From: Camelus ferus
Lineage: Eukaryota
DNA: 64,000 bases
Assembly (NCBI RefSeq): GCF_009834535.1
Contig: NC_045697.1
Coordinates: 97,032,001 to 97,096,000 of the forward strand
Reading direction: 5' to 3'
Shown: piece after piece, positions 1-14,134 of the stretch
Position numbering within the stretch: the stretch's first letter is position 1
Layout of the letters: every line of letters starts with the position of its first letter
Made by a program: the position numbers and the translations under genes
The notes under the pieces: model-generated
Told to the model about the DNA's origin: nothing
Seen by the model: only the letters and a program-made list of their open reading frames with translations
Database searches by the model: none

Positions 1-419
1 TAAACTAAAAAATCCATTAAAACAATGGTAGTATTGCCAAACAACAGCAAAACTCATCAGGAAAACATTTATGAAAAGTTCGTTATTTGGTACTGACCAA
101 ATGTATTATTTTATAAAGTTATCTTTGAAGAAAGCCTGTATTTTCCCCTATCCAAATGAAATTTTGTAGGGTCAAAACTTAATAAAAATTGTAAGGACCT
201 CAAAACTGTCTTTTTATCTTCTGTCTTAATCTTATTTTCCTATGAGCAGTGACTCATTTTCTCACTACATATACTCAATATTTTATTTTGTATTCACTAT
301 GTCTTAATTCAATTAGCTAATGTAAGTTCTTGCTAATTGGTTAGTCTACTAAATATACTAAAAGTTTAATTTAATTATATTAATTATATACTTTATTACA
401 TAAAATAATATATAGTAAG

Positions 420-1294
420 GGATTCTGATACGATGGCACAGTAGGAAATACCAAGAATCTGTGTCCCTACATAGACAACAATTTGTAGAATCTGTCCGAT
501 GTAAATATTTTGGAACTCTGAAATCTACTGAACACTTGAAAGGCCTTCCAGGGGAAGGCTCAGAGGGTAAGTTGTAGTTAATTTCAGTCCACTTCATCTC
601 TTAGCACAGAAACAGCTACACATTCTCCCTATGTCCCAGAGCTATGGAAGGCAACAGGGCTTGCATCCCAAGAGCAGCTTACGCATAACTTGTGGAAGCC
701 AGTGTGGACAGAAAAAAAAAAAGACCCTGATCTCCAAATACAGGGGATCTGTACTCTGAGCCAATTGCACCTGATCACAAACATGCAAACAAAGAGGCAA
801 ATAGCCACTTTCTTTCATAACTGCAAGCTCCTCCTGCTCTGGTTGAAGTAACCTCTAGGATATTTAAAGCTTCCCTTTTGGGAACCAGATATTAATGTCT
901 AGGACATTAAAAAATAATCTTATATATGGGGAAAATTAGAAAGTGGTCATGCACACCTAGGGAAAGCTGCAGGCTCATAAAAGACTTGTGGAGACCTTAA
1001 ATTTACACCTCAGGCGGATAATCAGTTCAAAGACAGCATCAACAATTAAAAAAATAAAACAAAAAACAAACAAGAGCAAATCGTGGGGAAGAGAGAGAAT
1101 CTAATTTCCAGAGTTATCACATGATTAAATTCAAAAGTCTAGTTTTCAACAAAAATTCTCAAGGTATACAAAGAAACAGAAAAATATGGCCCATTCAAAG
1201 GAAAAAAATTAAATCAACAGCAATAGTTTAGGAAAAGACCTGAAGATGGATCTATTAAACAAAATCTTTAAAGCAAACTTTAAAAGATTTAAAA
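420..1294 (+). mobile_element. Old L1 (L1MB-like) 5' UTR and start of ORF1, interrupted by a younger L1
   Basis: L1-type 5' end (gggattctgatacgatggcacagtagg) and ORF1-like start atggcccattcaaagg near 1186. The ORF1-like sequence resumes at 7146 after the insertion. Confidence 0.75.
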
Positions 1295-2917
1295 GGGGGG
1301 AGGTGCCAAGATGGCAGAGTAGAGAGACTCACAACTCACCCTCTCCCACAAATACAAGAAGAATTAAATCTACAAACCCACTGAATTGCACAGAATACCT
1401 ACTGAACTCTGGCAGAATGTTCCTCGCTTCAAAATACAGGAAGATTCTCACAAAATACAGTAAGAGAAAAAAGAAAATACTGGTGCAGTACTGGTCTTGC
1501 AAGGAGGGAGCAGCATAGGAAGAAAGGCACCCTCACCATGGGACGCCCTCTCTCCAGCCGGAGGTCAGCAGGGACAGAAGCAGAGCTTCTGAGGCTTGGA
1601 GGAGAAAGTGGCAGCCACTTGGCAGACAGAACTAAGGGAAATTGACATGGAGGGTCCCTGAAATCCTCAGTTCTAGATGCAAGCCAGCAGGGACAAGCTG
1701 GGTTTGGCTGCTGGATTATCAGTGAGGAGGCTGGGGCCCACTGCACAGAGGCAACCTCAGGGGACTGGAGAGCAGTGTAAGATCTGGCTGCGGGTGTGTG
1801 CAGAGCAGAACAACCTGGGACCCCCATAAAAAGCAACACTGCTGGTGTGTAGAGGGGAAGGATGCAACATAGCCGTGCCATAGCCGCTTTCTCCTCTTGG
1901 CTCCATTGTTGGTGTGTTCTCACAAGGGAGAGGTGGGGCTTGGTCACAAACATCACTGCTGTGTGGAGGCAGAACTGAAAAGCTGAATCCATATCCAGTG
2001 GCCCTGCAACTTCACAGACAGGACTGAGATTTATTTACAACCCCAGGCAGAGAGGGTGGATCTGCTCTATTTGGACCCTTTGTGGACCTACACCTCTGGG
2101 ACAAATAGGCAGTGAGTAGAATTCTGGCACATGACAGGGGCCAGTACAGGTATTTACAACAGGCCAGCTTCCTGTACCATATGTGGAGGCAGGGCTAGAG
2201 TCTGTGCTGACCCTGTTGTGCACCAGAATTCAGGTATGTGACTGCATGCTCCCTATGGTGGGTCCTAGTGCTTGGCATTGGCAAATATACAGTGGTGGTC
2301 TCTGGTACTCAGAACCTGGGGGACACCAGAGCAGGTAGCTGACATTCCCACAGCTGAGGCAAAGACAAAGGCAGCATCAACAAAGAGTACTTTGTAAGCC
2401 CACATAACAAGTGACAGACAACACCACAGAGGGTACATCCCAGTGGACATCTCCTGCCTACTCTTCTTAACCAGCTGAACTGCTCCAACCCTGCCTACTA
2501 CAACCACAGCTCAGGTACAGGTTAAGAAGTCTCTTTTCCAGCAACAAAGGAGCAGACCTGGTTCCTGTCAAGGCTGTGACAACCACAGAACAATAAAGGA
2601 GGCCTGTTCAATAACAACAACAGGTCAGGTTCTGTTCACCACAACACCAACTACACCCCTAATCAAAGGGATAATAGCTAACACACAGAGAAGAAAGAAA
2701 TCATCCATACTAAGAACAGTCATCGCAACAAAACTATTAGATGCACACAATCTATACAGGAATGCTCCCACCTTAAATAAAAACAAACAAACAAAAAATA
2801 AAACAGCCCTTCAAGATCACAGTAGATAACTGATACTCCTAAATCCATAGATCCAGAGAAAAGGAAAAGAAAGAAACAAAGAAGAAATGCCAAATCAACT
2901 GGAAAACAAAGTTCAAA

Positions 2918-5900
2918 ATGGCAATAAACACACATCTATCAATAATTACTATAAATATCAACGGAAAAAATGCCTCAATCAAAAGACACAGAATGGCAGA
3001 TTGGATAATAAAAACAAGCCCACAATATGCTGCCTACAAGAGACCCACTTGAGAGTGAAGGACACATATAGGCTGAAAGTGAGAGGATGGAAAAAGATAT
3101 TTCATGCAAATGGAAATGACAAGAAAGTGGCAGTAGCAATACTCATATCAGACAAAATAGACTTTAAAACAAAGGCCATAAAGAGAGATAAAGAAGGACA
3201 TATATAATGATCAAACAAGTAATACAAGATGAGGATATTGCACTCATAAAAATATTTGCACGTAATATAGGAGTACCTAAATATATAAAACAAATACTAA
3301 TTGATGTAAATTGATGAACACAATTATAGTAGGAGACTTGAACACCCCACTTATACCATTGGACAAGTCTTCCACACAGAAAATCAATAAAGCTATGAAG
3401 ATGCTAAATGACACAATAGAACAGTTGGATTTGGTTGATATTTTTAGGAAATTACATTCACCAAAATCAGAATATACATTCTTTTCAAGTACTCATGGAA
3501 CATTTTCTAGGATAAATCACATACTTGGGCACAAAAGAAGCATCGACAAATTTAAGAGTATAGAAATTATTTCAACAATCTTCTCTAAACACAATTGCAC
3601 GAAACTAGACATCAACCATAGAAATACAAAATGGGGAAAAAATGACAGCATGGAGACTAAACAACATGCCACTAAAAAACCCATGGGTCAATGATGAAAT
3701 CAAATAATAAATTTAAAAAATACCTTGAGACAAAGGACAATAAAAACACAACCACACAAAAATCTACAGGATGCAGCAAAAGCAGTCTGAAGAGTGAAGT
3801 TTATAGCAATCCATGCCTTCCTCAAAAAACAAGAACAATCTCAAATAAACAACCTAACCTACAAGAATTAGATAAAGAAGAACAAACAAAATCTAAAATC
3901 AGCAGAAGGAAAGAAATAATAAAGATCAAGGAGGAAATAAATTAAAAAAGAGATTTAAAAAACAATAGAAAAATCAATCAAATCATGAGCTGGTTTTCTG
4001 AAAGAGTAAACAAACTGACACACCTTTGGTCAGGCTCACCAAGAAGAAAAGAGAGAGGACACAAATAAATAAAATAAGAAAGGAAAATGGAAAAATTACA
4101 ACCAACACCACAGAAATACAAAAACATCCTATGAGAATACTATGAACAACTATATGGCAATAAATTGGACAACTAGAAAAAATGGAAAACTTTCTAGAAA
4201 CATACAGTTCACAAAAATTGAATCAAGAAAATAGACCATTTGAACAGACCAATCACTAGAAGTGAAATAGAATCAGCAATAAGAAAAACCTCCCTAAAAA
4301 CAAAATTCCAGGACCAGGTGGTTTCATGGGGAATTCTATTAAAAATACAAAGAGCTCATATCGATCCTTCTAAAACTCTTCTCAAAGACTGAAGAGGAGA
4401 GAAGACTCCCAAACTCATTCTATGAACCCACCATCAACCTGATACTAAAGCCAGACAAAGACACTACCAAAAGAGAAAACTGTAAGCCAATATCATTGAT
4501 AAACATAGATGCAAAAATCCTCAACAAAATATTACCAAACAGAATCCAACAACACAAAAAAAAGATTATACACCATGGTCAAGTGGGGTTCACCCCACGT
4601 ACACAAGGGTGGGTCAACATATGCAAATCAATCAATGTAATACATCACATCAACAAGAGAAAGAACAAAAACCACATGATTATCTCAATAGATGCAAAAA
4701 AGCATTTGATAAAACTCAATACCCATTTATGATAAAAACGCTAACCAAAGTGGGTAAAGAGGGAACACATCTCAACATAATAAAAGCCATTTATGACAAG
4801 CTTACAGCCAGCATAATACTCAGCAGCGAAAAACTGAAAGCCTTCTTGCCAAAATCTGGAACAAGACAAGGATGCCCACTCTAACCACTTCTATTCAATG
4901 TAGTACTGGAAATCCTAGCCATTGCAATTAGATAAGAAGAAGAAATAAAAGGGATTCGAACTGAAGAGAAGAGGTAAAATTGTCACTATATACAGGTGAC
5001 ATGATACTATATATAGAAAACCCTAAAGGCTCCATACAAAAATTGCTAGAGCTGATAAAAGAATCTGGTAAGGTAGCAGCATACAAGATTAACAGACAGA
5101 AATCAGTTGCATTTCTTTACATTAACAATAAAATATCAGAAAAGGAAAGTAAAGAAACAATCCCTTTTAAAATTGCATCCAAAAAAAAAAATACTTAGGA
5201 ATAAATCTGACCAAGGAAGTGAAAGACTTCTACCCAGAGAACTACAAAGCATTGACTAAGGAAATTAAAAATGACTTAAAGAAATAGAAAGATATCCCAT
5301 GTTCTTGGACTGGAAGAACTAATATTGTTAAAATGGCCATACCACCTAAAGCAATCTACAGATTTAATGCAATCCCTATCAAATAACTAGGACATTTTTT
5401 ATAGAACTAGAACAAATAATCCTAAAATTTGTATGGAATCACAGAATCCTAATATCTACATGGAATGACAAAAGACCCAGAATTGCCAAAGCAATACTGA
5501 AGAAAAAGAATGAAGCTGGAGGAATAATCCTCCCAGATTTCAGACAATACTACAGAGCTACAGTAGTCAAAACACCATGGTATTGGTACAAAAACAGACA
5601 TATAGACCAATGGAACAGAATAGAGAGCCCAGAAATAAAAGCACCAACTTTTGGTCAATTAAACTTTGACAAAGGAGGCAAGAACATACAATACAAGAAC
5701 ACCAATTCAGCAAATGGTGTTGGGAAAACTGGTCAGTTGCATGTAAATCAATGAAGTTAGAATATTCCCTTCACACCATACACAAAAATAAACTCAAAAT
5801 GGCTTGAAGACTTAAACATAAGACAAGTCACTATAAACCTCTTAGAAGAAAACATACGCAAAACATTATCTGAAATATATCTCAGCAGCGTTCTCCTAGG

Positions 5901-6115
5901 GCAGTCTACTTAGGCGATAGAAATAAAAGCAAAAATAAACAAATGGGACCTAATTAAACTTATCAGCTTTTGCAAAGTGAAGGAAACCATATGCAAAACA
6001 AAAAGACAACCTACAGAATGGGAGAAAATATGTGTAAATGATACAACTGACAAGGGCTTAATTTCCAGAAAAAAAAATATATAAACAGCTCATACAACTT
6101 AATAATAATAATAAT

Positions 6116-6147
<32 letters not shown>

Positions 6148-6765
6148 AACACAGTCCAAAAATGAGCAGAAGACCTAAACAAGCAATTATCCAATAAAGA
6201 CATAGAAATGGCCAACAGGCACATGAAAAAATGCTCAATATCGCTAATTATCAGAGAAATCCAAATCAAAACTACAATGATGTATCACCTCACACCAGTC
6301 AGAATGACCATCATTCAAAAGTCTACAAACAATAAATGCTGGAGAGACTGTGGAGAAAAGGGAACCCTCCTACACTGTTGGTGGGAATGTAGTTTGGGGC
6401 AGCCATTATGGAAAATAACATGGAGATTCCTCAAAAGACTAAAAACAGACTTACCACATGATCCAGCAGTCCCTGGGCAAATATCCAGAGGGTCCTTAAT
6501 TCAAAGAGATACATGTACCCCAGTGTTCACAGAAGCACTATTTACAGTAGCCAGGACATGGAAGGAACCTAAGTGTCCACTGACAGATGACTAGATAAAG
6601 AAGTTGTGGTATATTTATACAATGGAATACTACTCAGCCATAAAAAGAAGAAAATAATGCCATTTGCAACAATATGGGTGAACCTGGAGATTGTCATACT
6701 AAGTGAAAGAAGCCAGAAAGAGAAAGAAAAATACCATATGATGTCACTTATATGTGGAATCTTAA
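2918..6765 (+). pseudogene. Disrupted L1 ORF2 (endonuclease/reverse transcriptase/CCHC)
   Basis: ATG at 2918 (atggcaataaacaca). APE-endonuclease, RT and C-terminal Cys-rich motifs are split over many frames by stops and frameshifts. The RT catalytic motif reads LYTGDMILY instead of LFADDMI. Confidence 0.93.
6101..6148. repeat. (AAT)n microsatellite within L1 ORF2
   Basis: Directly visible trinucleotide run with one interruption. Confidence 0.95.
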
Positions 6766-7109
6766 AAAAAAAAAAAAGACAAACAAACTTATTTACAAAA
6801 CAGAAACAGACTCATAACCATAGAAAACAAATTTATGGTTACCAGGGGGGCAGTGGAAAGAGAGTGGGAAGGGATAAATTGGGAGTTTGAGATTTGCAGA
6901 TATTAACTAATATATATTAAATAGATAAACAACAAGTTTATACTGTATAGCATAGGGAACTATATTCAATATATTGTAGTAATTTATGGTGAAAAAGAAT
7001 ATGAAAACAAATATATATACAAATATATATATGTATGTTCATGTATGTCTGAAGCATTATGCTGTACACTAGAAATTGACACAACACTGTAAACTGACTA
7101 TACTTCAAG

Positions 7110-7111
<2 letters not shown>

Positions 7112-7142
<31 letters not shown>
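7112..7142. repeat. (TA)n microsatellite derived from L1 tail
   Basis: Directly visible, immediately after the L1 3' terminus ctatacttcaag. Confidence 0.95.
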
Positions 7143-7144
<2 letters not shown>

Positions 7145-7145
7145 A

Positions 7146-10100
7146 AAAAGATATTTAAAAAAACTAAAGGAAGATATGAATAAAGTCAAGAAAATGACAT
7201 ATAAGCAAAATGGATATATCAATAAAGAGACAGAAAAATCTAAAAACTAAACAATAATAAAAAATTCTAAAGCTGAAAATATAATAACTGAAAACTTCAC
7301 TAGAAAAAGTCAAAGGCATATTTGAGTAGGAAGAAAAATAATCAGTTAATCTGAAAATAGAGCAATGGAAATCATCCAGCCTGAGGAACAGACAAAAAAA
7401 GATTAAAGAAAAGTGAATAGAACCTAAGGGACCTGTGAGACACCATCAAGTGGACCACATAAACACTGTGGAAGTCCCAGAAGGAGAAGAAAGAAAAAAA
7501 GGGCATGGGTTATTTGAAGAGTTAGTACCTGAAAAATTCAAAATTTGATGAAAGTCATGTATATAAACATCTAAGAAGCTGAACAAACTCCAAATAGAAT
7601 AAACTCAAAGAGACCCATGTGATACACATTTGAAAGATAAAGACAAAGAGAGAATCTTGAAAGCAACAAGTGATTATAGATTATAGATTTCTTAGCCAAA
7701 AGGCAGTGGGTTGATAAATTTAATATGCTTAAAGGAAAAAAAAAAAGTCAACCAAGTATCCAGTTCAACAAAACTGTTCCTCAAAACTGCAGAAAAAATT
7801 AGATAAACAAAAGCTGAGGGAATCTGTTACCACTAGATCTGCCATGAAATAAATACTTGAGTCCTACAGGATGAAATGAAAGGACACCAGACAACATGAT
7901 GAAATAAAGGTATCAGTAAAGGTAAATATATGGGCAATTAAAAGGTTAACATTATTGTAACAAAAGTGTGTAACTTCACTTTTTGTTTTCCATATGATTT
8001 ATGAGACCAACATATTTTTAATAGCTGTAATATCATATAACTTTTCCCCACATTTTGTTTTCTACATAAAATCAGAGATGAAAAATTAAATTTTATTTAA
8101 GACACAGAATGTATAAAGATGCAATATATGGGATCAACAACTGAAAGAAGTGGGGATGGGCTTGTAAAAGAGCAGAGTTTTTGCATGTCATTGAAGTTAA
8201 ACTGGTATCAATTCAAATTAAAATGCTGTAACTCTAGGATAGTATATGTAATTCACATGGTAACCACAAAGAAAATAGCTATAGCATAAAAGGAAATGAG
8301 AAAGGAATTTAAGTATATCACTACAAAAAAATAAATAAACACAAAAGAAGATAGTAATGAAAGAAATAGAGGACAAAAGAGGTCTAAGTCATAAAGAGAA
8401 ACAAATAGCAAAATGACAAAATCAAAAGCCTTCCTTATCAGTAATTACTTCAAATATAAGTGTATTAAACTCTCCGAACAAAAAACAGAAATTGTAAGAC
8501 TGGATTAAAAAACATAATCTAATTATACGCTGTCTACAAGAGACCCAGTTTAGATCAAAAGACAAAATAGGCTGAAAGATAAAAAATTGCAAAAACTATT
8601 TCATGCAAATAGTAACTAGAAGAGAGCAGGAGTGGCTCTGCTAATATCAGACAAAATGGACTTTAATGATTAGAAGATATAAAGAAGGACATTAAATATT
8701 AATAAAAGGTTTAATGCAGGAAAATACATAACAATTATAAACATTAATATACCTAATAACATAACATTAAAATATATGAAGGAAAAATTGACAGAAATAA
8801 AGGGAGAAATAGACAGTTGTGCAACAATAGCTGGAGACATAATACCTCACTCTCAATAATGGAAAGAACATAAGTAAAAGAAAAGGAAAGAAGATAATAA
8901 GAAAATAGAGGACTTAAACAACACAATAAGCCACCTAGATTTAAAAGGCATTTACAGAACACTTCAACAACACAATACACATTCTTCACAAAGTGCACAT
9001 GGGAAATTTTTGAGGACATATCATATGTTAGGCCACAAATTAAATCTCATTAAATTTAAAAATAAAGATATCATACAATGGAACTTCTCTGACCACAACA
9101 GGATAATGTTAGAAATGAATAACAAGATTTAAAAAATTAGAAAATTCTCAAATTTGTGGAAATTAAAGAACATACTCTAAATCAGTTGGTCAAAGAATAA
9201 ATCACAAGGAAAATTTTTAAAAATATTTAAGATAAATGAAAATGAAAACATAACATACCAAAAGTTATAGGAGCACCAAAAGTAGTGCTAAGGGGAAAAT
9301 TTGTATCTATAAACAATTTCTTTAAAAAACAAGAAAGATAAGAAAAATAGCCTAACTTTACAAATTAAGCACCCAGAAAAAGGAGAAATAATAAAGATGA
9401 ATAATAAATAAAGATTAGCAATAAATAAAAATTAGAGCAGAGACAAAATGGGGAATAGAAAAACAATTGAGTAGATCAATGAAACCAAAAGATGGTTCTT
9501 TGAAAACTTTCACAAAATTGACAAACCTTTAGCTAGATGGACTAAGAAAAAAAGAAAGAAGACTCAAATTACTAAAATCACAAATGAAAGTGGGGCCATT
9601 ACTACCAATTCCACAGAATTAAAAAAAAAATTATGAGTATAATATGAGTAACTGTATGCCAAGAAATTGGACAGCATAGATTATGGACAATTTCTTAGTA
9701 ACAAAAAACTCATGAAGCCTATACCATGAAAAAGTTAAAAAAAATCTAGAAAGACTTAAAACTAATACAGTGATTGAATCAGTAATCAAAAATTATCTGG
9801 CAAAAGAAATCTTCGTACCTGATGGTTACACTAGTGAAGTCTACTAAATCTTAAATAACACCAATCCTTTCCAAACTTTCCCAAATAACTGAAGAGGAAG
9901 AAACAATTTTTAACTCATTTTATAAGGCCAGTGTTACATCGATACCCAAACCAAAGACATTACAAGAAAAGTACAGACATTGTCCCTTATGAACATTGGT
10001 TCAAAAATTAACAAAATATTAGCAAGCCAAGTTCAGTGGCATAGGAAAAGATTATACACCATGACCTAGTGGGATTTATTCCTGGAACGCTAGAATCACA

Positions 10101-11880
10101 ATATGAAAATTCATCAATGAACTATATTACAGTAATAAAATAAAAGAGGCCAAAAAAATGATCATCTCAAGTGATACAGAAAAGCATTTGATAAAATTCA
10201 ACACCCTTTTTGATAAAAACACTCAACAAACTAGGAATAGAAGGAAACTATCTGAACATAATAAAAGCCAAATTAAAAACTAAAAGAAAACATAATACTA
10301 AATGCTAAAACCCTGTAAGCTTTTCCTTTAAGTTCTGGAAAAAGGGGAGTATACCAGCTTTCACCACTTCTATTCAACAGAACCCTGAAAATTCTAGCCA
10401 GAGCAATTAGTCCAAAATAAAAATAAAGTTATCCTAATTAGAAAGTAGCAAAATTATCTCTGTTCACAGATGACATGAGTTTATATGTACAAAATCCTAG
10501 ACATTACACACATACATATACACGTACTAAATTCAGAACTAACAAATTCAGTAAAGTAGTGTAATACAAAGTGAACACAAAAATCAGCTGCAATGCTACT
10601 CACTAACAATCTGAAATAAGTTTTCAATCTGAAAATAAATTTAAGAAAAGAATTTCATTTATAATAATATCAAAAAGAATGAACTATTTAAGAATTAATT
10701 AAGGAGGTAAAAGATATACAATTAAAACTACAACACATTACTGAGGAAATTAAAGACAAATAAATGGAAAAGACATGCTTATGCACTGTAAGACTTAGTA
10801 CTGTTAAGATATCAATATTACACAAAGCTATGTACAGATTCAATGTAATCTCTATTAAAATGCCAATGATTTCTGCAAAGATAGAAAAACATCCTATAAT
10901 TAATATGGAAACTACTTCATATTGCCTAAGCCAAGACAATCCAAAAAAAAAAAAAAAAAAAAAAGAACAAAGCTGGAAGACTTACCTTCTTGATTGCAAA
11001 AATTGCTATAAAGTTCTAACAATCAAAACAAAATGCAGTAATACTGTCATAAAGATAAATAGAATGGAATAGAATAGAGAGCCCAGAAATAAACTCTCAC
11101 ATATATGGTCAAATTATTTTTGACAAAGGTGCCAAGACCATTCACTGGAAATAGGATAGATTTTTCAACAAAGCCAAAAAATTAGAAAATGATGTATTGG
11201 TTATGATGTCGAGAAATTGATGATTTGGAGAAATTAGAATCCTTGTGCACTTTTGGTGGGAATGTAAAATAGCACAAACTCTGTGGAAAACAGTATGGTG
11301 GTTCCTCAAAAAATTAAAAATAGAATTACCATATGATCCAGTAATTCCACTTCTGAGTATATACCCAAAGACTTTAAATCTGGGTCTCAAATGATACATT
11401 TGTACACTCATGTTCATAAAAGCATTATTAACAAAAGCTAAAATATGGAAGCAACCCAAATTTCATTGATGGATGAAGAAGATGAGCAAAATGTAGTATA
11501 TACATACAATGAAATATTATTCAGCTTTAAAAAGGGGGAAAATTTTGACATATACTAACATGGATGAACCTTGAAAACTATGCTAAGTTAAATAAGCCAG
11601 TCACAAAAAGACAAATATTCCATTTACATGACATACTTACAGTAGTCACAATCATAGAGACAGAAAGAATGGTGGCTGCCACGGGCTGGACAAAGGGGAA
11701 ATGAGGAGTTATTGTTTAATGGATACAGAGTTTCAGCTTTGTAACAGAAAATGGTTCAGAAGACAGATGGTGGTGACACTTGCAGAGCAATATGAATGTA
11801 CTTCACAACACTAAACTATATACACTGAAAAATGGTTAAGATAAATTTAATATTATATGTATTTTACCACAATAAAAACT
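7146..11880 (+). mobile_element. Remainder of the old near-full-length L1 (ORF1 3' part, spacer, decayed ORF2, L1MB-like 3' UTR)
   Basis: ORF1-like to about 7870, ORF2 from about 8413 (ctgtctacaagagaccc, aatatcagacaaaatggacttt). The 3' end ggatacagagtttcag...tatgtattttaccacaataaaaa resembles L1MB3/4. Internal deletion near 11172. Confidence 0.9.
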
Positions 11881-13289
11881 TGAAAAATTATATACTGATT
11901 TATATATAAATATGGAAATCCATATCTAATTTCAAAAATATTTGTTGACAAGAGATAAGATTTGGGGACAAAGTTGTCAATGGTGATTCTAAAATGAGCA
12001 TTATTACTAGCAATTATTTAAATTTCTACTTACTGACAGAATAATAAAAAGATATAAATATAATAATTCTATGCATGACTTTATATATGACTTCTACAAC
12101 AAATTAATTAAAGAACTATGTAACTAACTATACTATAAAAATCTTATAAATAAAACTGATGATAGTTTGAATCAATTATTTTCATGCCTAATATTTTCTT
12201 ATTATTAATGATTTAGATTAGAGCATATCAAATAATTATCATAATGTTCAGAGTAAGAAATAATACTGAAATAGTATTAACTGGATTTATGGAATAAGTA
12301 AACACAAGTTATTAGTTGGTAATGCCAGAAATATATTTTATATTCTGCAATATTTCTAAAAACTTCAAATGTCTTAATATAAAATTGAGTTAGAATGGAC
12401 TGCCTGATACAGCCAAAGCAAATACTCAAGTGCTTTCCGTATCCAGTTTTTTGCCATTCTTAGGAATTGTGGCATTTCATTCTACTCTTATTTTGTAGAT
12501 CCCCCTTGTATTTAGCAACAGAGGTAATTTTCCATCTCTGTAGTTAGAATATAAACTTCCCTTGCCACTTCCAAATTGCACTATTCTGTCTGTCAAAAAC
12601 AGCTGGGCTGAGTAAGAAAATAATACTGGTCGATTAAAAAAATGCAATCTAGAAATGTGAACTATTTGATTACACTAAAATAGAAAGTTTAAATTAATCA
12701 TTTGCTAATCTCACATCTTCTTTGAAACAGCTTTTGATGAAAAGGTTAGCAGAAACATCAAATCTGTGGGTTCTGAATGCTTTGTTTGCTGGGTAAACAT
12801 ACACAATATTTTCTAAATGTGTTGTTAAGTAAACTATGGTTGATTTCAGTAAAATTATTTTGGTTTCAAGAGGAATTCTGCATAAATATTCACAAACTGA
12901 GCTAAATTCCTTTCAACAGCAAACTACATTTGAGTTAGTTTACTGTTAGTCATTTTAAAAATGTAAACAAAAATTTCTAAAATTACTAAATTTGGATTCA
13001 AAAATGTAAAATGTTCTTGTGTTTCTAAATTGCTCATTGCCTTATGCTACTAAGGAAGCACTGTTGAAAAACTCATTTCCTATAATGAGTTTCTTAGGAT
13101 CAAGTGTAAATTAAAATGCACCAGAGATATAGTGCTTATGCTTTTTTGGTTATGAAGTTATTTTCCCCACAAACTGTCTGCCAGGCTTTGAAAAGCTGAG
13201 GTGCCTACTTTAAACTTTACATTAACCACTGCCAAACATAAGAGTGGCATATGCCTCTCAAATCACTGGAGAATACAAAAAATATATAC

Positions 13290-13650
13290 TAAACATAAAC
13301 TACATACCAAGAGACAGAAGAAAAAAGAATAAAAATAATAAAGGAATAAATAAGAGTGACATAATTTTAAAGTCTATAATGCCAAGCATATAAATTATAG
13401 CTATAAAAGATTTCAGCTTCCCTATTAAAAGGCACTATTAAATTGGCTTAAAGGTCTAAATACATATTGTCTACAAAATACATGCCTAAAAGAATGAAGA
13501 TGTATTAAAAAAAAAACAATAAACAGGCATAAACAAAAATAAAGCAGAGGTAACAAAATTAATCTCAGGCAAAGTGCAATTTAAGATAAAATCACCAGAG
13601 AGTAAAAATGGTTATTTAATAATGATACAATTTATAATACCCAATCAGCA
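13290..13650 (+). mobile_element. Ancient L1 fragment (endonuclease region)
   Basis: cttccctattaaaagg, ttgtctacaaaatacatg and aaagcagaggtaacaaaattaatctcaggcaaagt resemble the L1 ORF2 5' region. Confidence 0.65.
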
Positions 13651-14134
13651 CGTGCTATTCATAAAATTGTACAGGTCTGTTTTGTGCTGGTCTCAGCCGA
13701 CGGACCATCAGCTAGAAATGCCTTGGGGCCCTCTCATTGAGCTCAAGGGTGGGGTCTAGAGTTTCAGACTCACTTTTTATTGGTGAATTTAAAACACATA
13801 AGCAGTAATTTGAAGTGCAGCAAGAGAAAAAACAAGTGGTTCAAATGGTCAGGTAACAAAATCAACCAAAATCTCTAAAATAAAGGAGCCTCATGAGGAA
13901 ATGCATCCTGTCTCTTTACCTAGTCTTGTGGCTTGCAATGTGTTCATTTGAGATAGCCTTCCCCGGAACAGTTGCTTCTTTGAAATGGATGCCTTTTTGT
14001 AGTGGATGCCTGCCTCAGCAAGCAAAGCTTAAGTCAGGCTCTTGCATTACAAAAAGAAAAGCCAAGTGTCAGAGCTTACACTACAAGGTTAAATAATGTA
14101 ACCTTAAAATGCGTGAAGCTAAAGTGCATGGGTC

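Larger units (their letters stand above)
1295..7145 (+). mobile_element. Younger lineage-specific L1 (camelid-type 3' UTR): 5' UTR + ORF2 + 3' UTR, no ORF1
   Basis: Starts ggggggaggtgccaagatggcagag. ORF2 fragments appear in the ORF track ([43 protein letters not shown]). Ends in a (TA)n tail. Imperfect TSD aaaagatttaaaa 1282-1294 / aaaagatatttaaaa 7146-7160. Confidence 0.95.

Noticed and set aside
1429..1992. 187-aa minus-strand ORF, the longest in the track
   Set aside because: Antisense to the GC-rich L1 5' UTR, where long chance ORFs are expected. No domain recognised and no evidence for an ORF0-like function.
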